Assembly: GCA_964035575.1 (NCBI GenBank)
Contig: OZ037840.1
Coordinates: 496,001-560,000 of the forward strand
Source: Rhynchopus sp. YZ270_cl-10
Lineage: Eukaryota
Reading direction: 5' to 3'
DNA: 64,000 bases
A program made the position numbers and the translations under genes. Below the pieces are notes generated by a model. It ran no database searches and was not told where the DNA came from. It saw only the letters and a program-made list of their open reading frames with translations. The first letter of the stretch is position 1. The number at the start of each line of letters is the position of its first letter. Below are positions 61,564 through 64,000 of this stretch, piece by piece.

Positions 61564-63147
61564 ATGACGCCATGCAATACTGACGACAACCACACTGACC
61601 ATGCACCCACGCTGTCCACATCCGACCCCCCCTCTACCTCCACCCCCACGATGTGGGCCGACATCGTGGAAGGCATGCGCTTCAGCGCGCCGGTCACTTT
61701 AGTTGTGATCGGCCAGTTCCTCACCTCCCCTCTCAACGGCGCCGTCATCGCACGCACGCTGGGTGAGGATGCGTTTACTGGGTATAGCTTGGCGTCGCTG
61801 AGTGGGAATCTGATAGGGCTGTCTTTGGTACTGGGCATGCAGAGTGCCTGCGACACCTTGCTGCCTATTGCGGCAGGCGCGAAACGTTATGAGGATATGG
61901 GCGACTGGGCAGTGGTCGGGACGGTGCTATCATTACTCCTCATCATCTTCGCGTTGCCTATGTGGATGAATGCAGAGAACATCCTCCTCGCCATTGACCA
62001 GCCCCCTGAAGCAGCGCGCTACGCTGGGGAGTATCTAAAGATTTATCCAGGTCAAGTCCTCCTGTTTGGGCTGTACGAATCGATACGGCGTTTCATGTCG
62101 TGTCAGAACATTTTATGGCCTTTCGTGGTGTTCACATACCTAGGGCTTGCAGCGCAGGGGGGCTGTCTCTATGTTTTCTTTGGTGGTGAAAGGATAAATT
62201 TTGTGGGTGCTGCATGGGCTCAGGTGACAAATCAGGTTGTGTCAGTGGGGTCGTGTCTTCTGTGGGTGTGGTGGGCGCAGCCGCATGAGAGCCGTTCGTG
62301 GCCAGGATTTCGTTGGAGCGCGTTTAGGTGGGCGCGGGTCAAAATATATTTGAAGCTTGCGGTGCCTGGGGTGTTCACGCTGTCGGAGTGGTGGTATTGG
62401 GAGGTCGTCTGCTTTTTTACGGGGTGGATTTCAGAGCACGCCCAGGCTGCGCATTCTTGCGCATATTTCGTCGTTCCGGTGTATTTTTTGATCGTTTTTG
62501 GTGTCGGACTCAGCGCCAACATCAAAATCGGGAAGCTCATTGGCGACGGCGACGTCAAGAGGGCGAGGGCCCTCCGGACCGCTTTCTTGGTCCTAGCAAT
62601 GGTTCTTTCCATTTTAATGGTCGCAACGCACTTTGCAGTTCAGGACCTCCAAATCACGACCCTCAATGGCACGGAAGGTGAACCACGTGACCTGGCCTAT
62701 TCCATATGGTTCTACGTTGGCGCCTACATCTTCATGGACACACAGTACGCACTGCACTCTTGCATGGCCCGCGCACTTGGCCTTCAAATCTACGTTGCTG
62801 CCGCTGTCATTGTTTCCCTCTGGATTGTTGCATTACCTATTTCATACCACATCACATTCTCTCGAGGGATGGGCCTAAAAGGCATCTGGATAATGTTCCC
62901 CATTGGTCATACCCTAATGGTGACAAGCACCATGTGCATCACGTACTTCACAAATTGGGAAACAGTCTCAAAGAAAATGCGCAAAGAAGAAGCCTGTGGG
63001 GAAGAGACATCTGGCGTGGTCGGAGCGCAGGATGGAGAAGGGGACGCTGAGACAGGTGGGGTCGAGCTGCAGGAGGTGATACCGCAGGGCGATGAGGTTG
63101 CCTTGGTGAGCCGTTCCTCAACCCCGCCACCGTTGGAGGGGTGGTGA
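61564..63147 (+). CDS. MATE family transporter, copy 2, 527 aa (about 23 aa differences from copy 1)
   Basis: Colinear with 49476-51059 and carries the same motifs. Shares about 80 bp of immediate upstream sequence including the CCCCCACAG acceptor-like site. Confidence 0.95.
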   Translation: MTPCNTDDNHTDHAPTLSTSDPPSTSTPTMWADIVEGMRFSAPVTLVVIGQFLTSPLNGAVIARTLGEDAFTGYSLASLSGNLIGLSLVLGMQSACDTLLPIAAGAKRYEDMGDWAVVGTVLSLLLIIFALPMWMNAENILLAIDQPPEAARYAGEYLKIYPGQVLLFGLYESIRRFMSCQNILWPFVVFTYLGLAAQGGCLYVFFGGERINFVGAAWAQVTNQVVSVGSCLLWVWWAQPHESRSWPGFRWSAFRWARVKIYLKLAVPGVFTLSEWWYWEVVCFFTGWISEHAQAAHSCAYFVVPVYFLIVFGVGLSANIKIGKLIGDGDVKRARALRTAFLVLAMVLSILMVATHFAVQDLQITTLNGTEGEPRDLAYSIWFYVGAYIFMDTQYALHSCMARALGLQIYVAAAVIVSLWIVALPISYHITFSRGMGLKGIWIMFPIGHTLMVTSTMCITYFTNWETVSKKMRKEEACGEETSGVVGAQDGEGDAETGGVELQEVIPQGDEVALVSRSSTPPPLEGW

Positions 63148-64000
63148 GAGGGGGTTCTTTCGTGTCAACTCCACGCCTTTTTTTTTTCTCCACGATTTAT
63201 GGAAATTTTTTCCTTACACGGGTAGTGTTATTAGAAACTCGAATAAAGCCAACGTTTAATCGCCTGATACCGACTATTTTCTCCTCCCCTTTAAAAATCA
63301 CTTCCGCCAAAATTCAGATCTTATACACTGTTTTTTTGGCTACGTTCAACGAAAATAATCTTTCCCCCTTTTTCTAGTCGAGTAATCAAGATCCGTTGGC
63401 GACTGTAAGAGTCGAGTTTTGTAGAAGGACCTGGTTCTGCATAGGTAGAAATGGTTTCTACCTATCTTTAGCAGTCCACTCACGTCACTCCTTTTATTAA
63501 GCAATTATTGGTGCGGTCAGCAACCCAGTTTGCCAATGGGATTCTCCCGTGCGGTTTAACCAAGGTTCCACCAGCGTTAAAATGACAACCCACCCCGTGG
63601 GGCTGGCATCGTACAGTGGGTCAGTTGGAGGTGCCTGCAGCAAATAGGCGTGCTCTCTCTCTCTTTTTGGTTGGTGACAAATCACAAGAGAGTCTTGTAG
63701 CTCAAAAGCCTTTTGATATTTTTTTTTTTTTCTGTTGGTATCCCCTTCTTTTTTTCGCACATCTTTTTCTTATCTTTCAATTGAAATATCTTAATCTTGT
63801 TTATCTCATGCACGACGTACAAGACCTTGTGCAAATCCAAATGAATTCCCCCAAAATAACATAAGGGTAAAAAGGAGTCTAGCATCTAACACTGCAAAAG
63901 CGTACTCCTTATAGTCCCTCTCTTTTAAGGATCCTGTGAAAGAAAAATCCTGGCTTGCTATTCTAGTGATAGTAGTCTTTTATCAATTTTTTTATCTGCT

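Overview
Eukaryotic, repeat-rich genomic DNA. The gene families, CA-rich 3' splice regions and GT-AG introns suggest a euglenozoan, most likely a diplonemid (inference; no search was run). All seven intact genes lie on the + strand: a membrane class III cyclase-like protein with degenerate catalytic motifs, a signal peptide/WD40/Pro-Thr stalk/multi-TM receptor-like protein, a ubiquitin-like (UBL) + beta-propeller protein, a six-exon gene the ORF track missed (UBL + two tandem dynein microtubule-binding-domain-like modules), a UBL + BspA-type LRR protein, and two recently duplicated MATE transporters. Mobile DNA includes a decayed tyrosine-recombinase retrotransposon on the - strand with gag-like/YR/RT/RNase H order (VIPER/TATE-like) near a TTAGGG-containing array. 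There are also nested TIR DNA transposons with readable target-site duplications (TSDs of 8 bp hAT-type, 6 bp CATA-terminal, 9 bp, and TA), and satellites grown inside them. Two further patterns stand out: a ~1 kb mosaic cassette reused upstream of unrelated intronless genes, and several families of short hairpin-forming repeats seen only on the gene-coding strand. All coordinates and alignments were read by eye.
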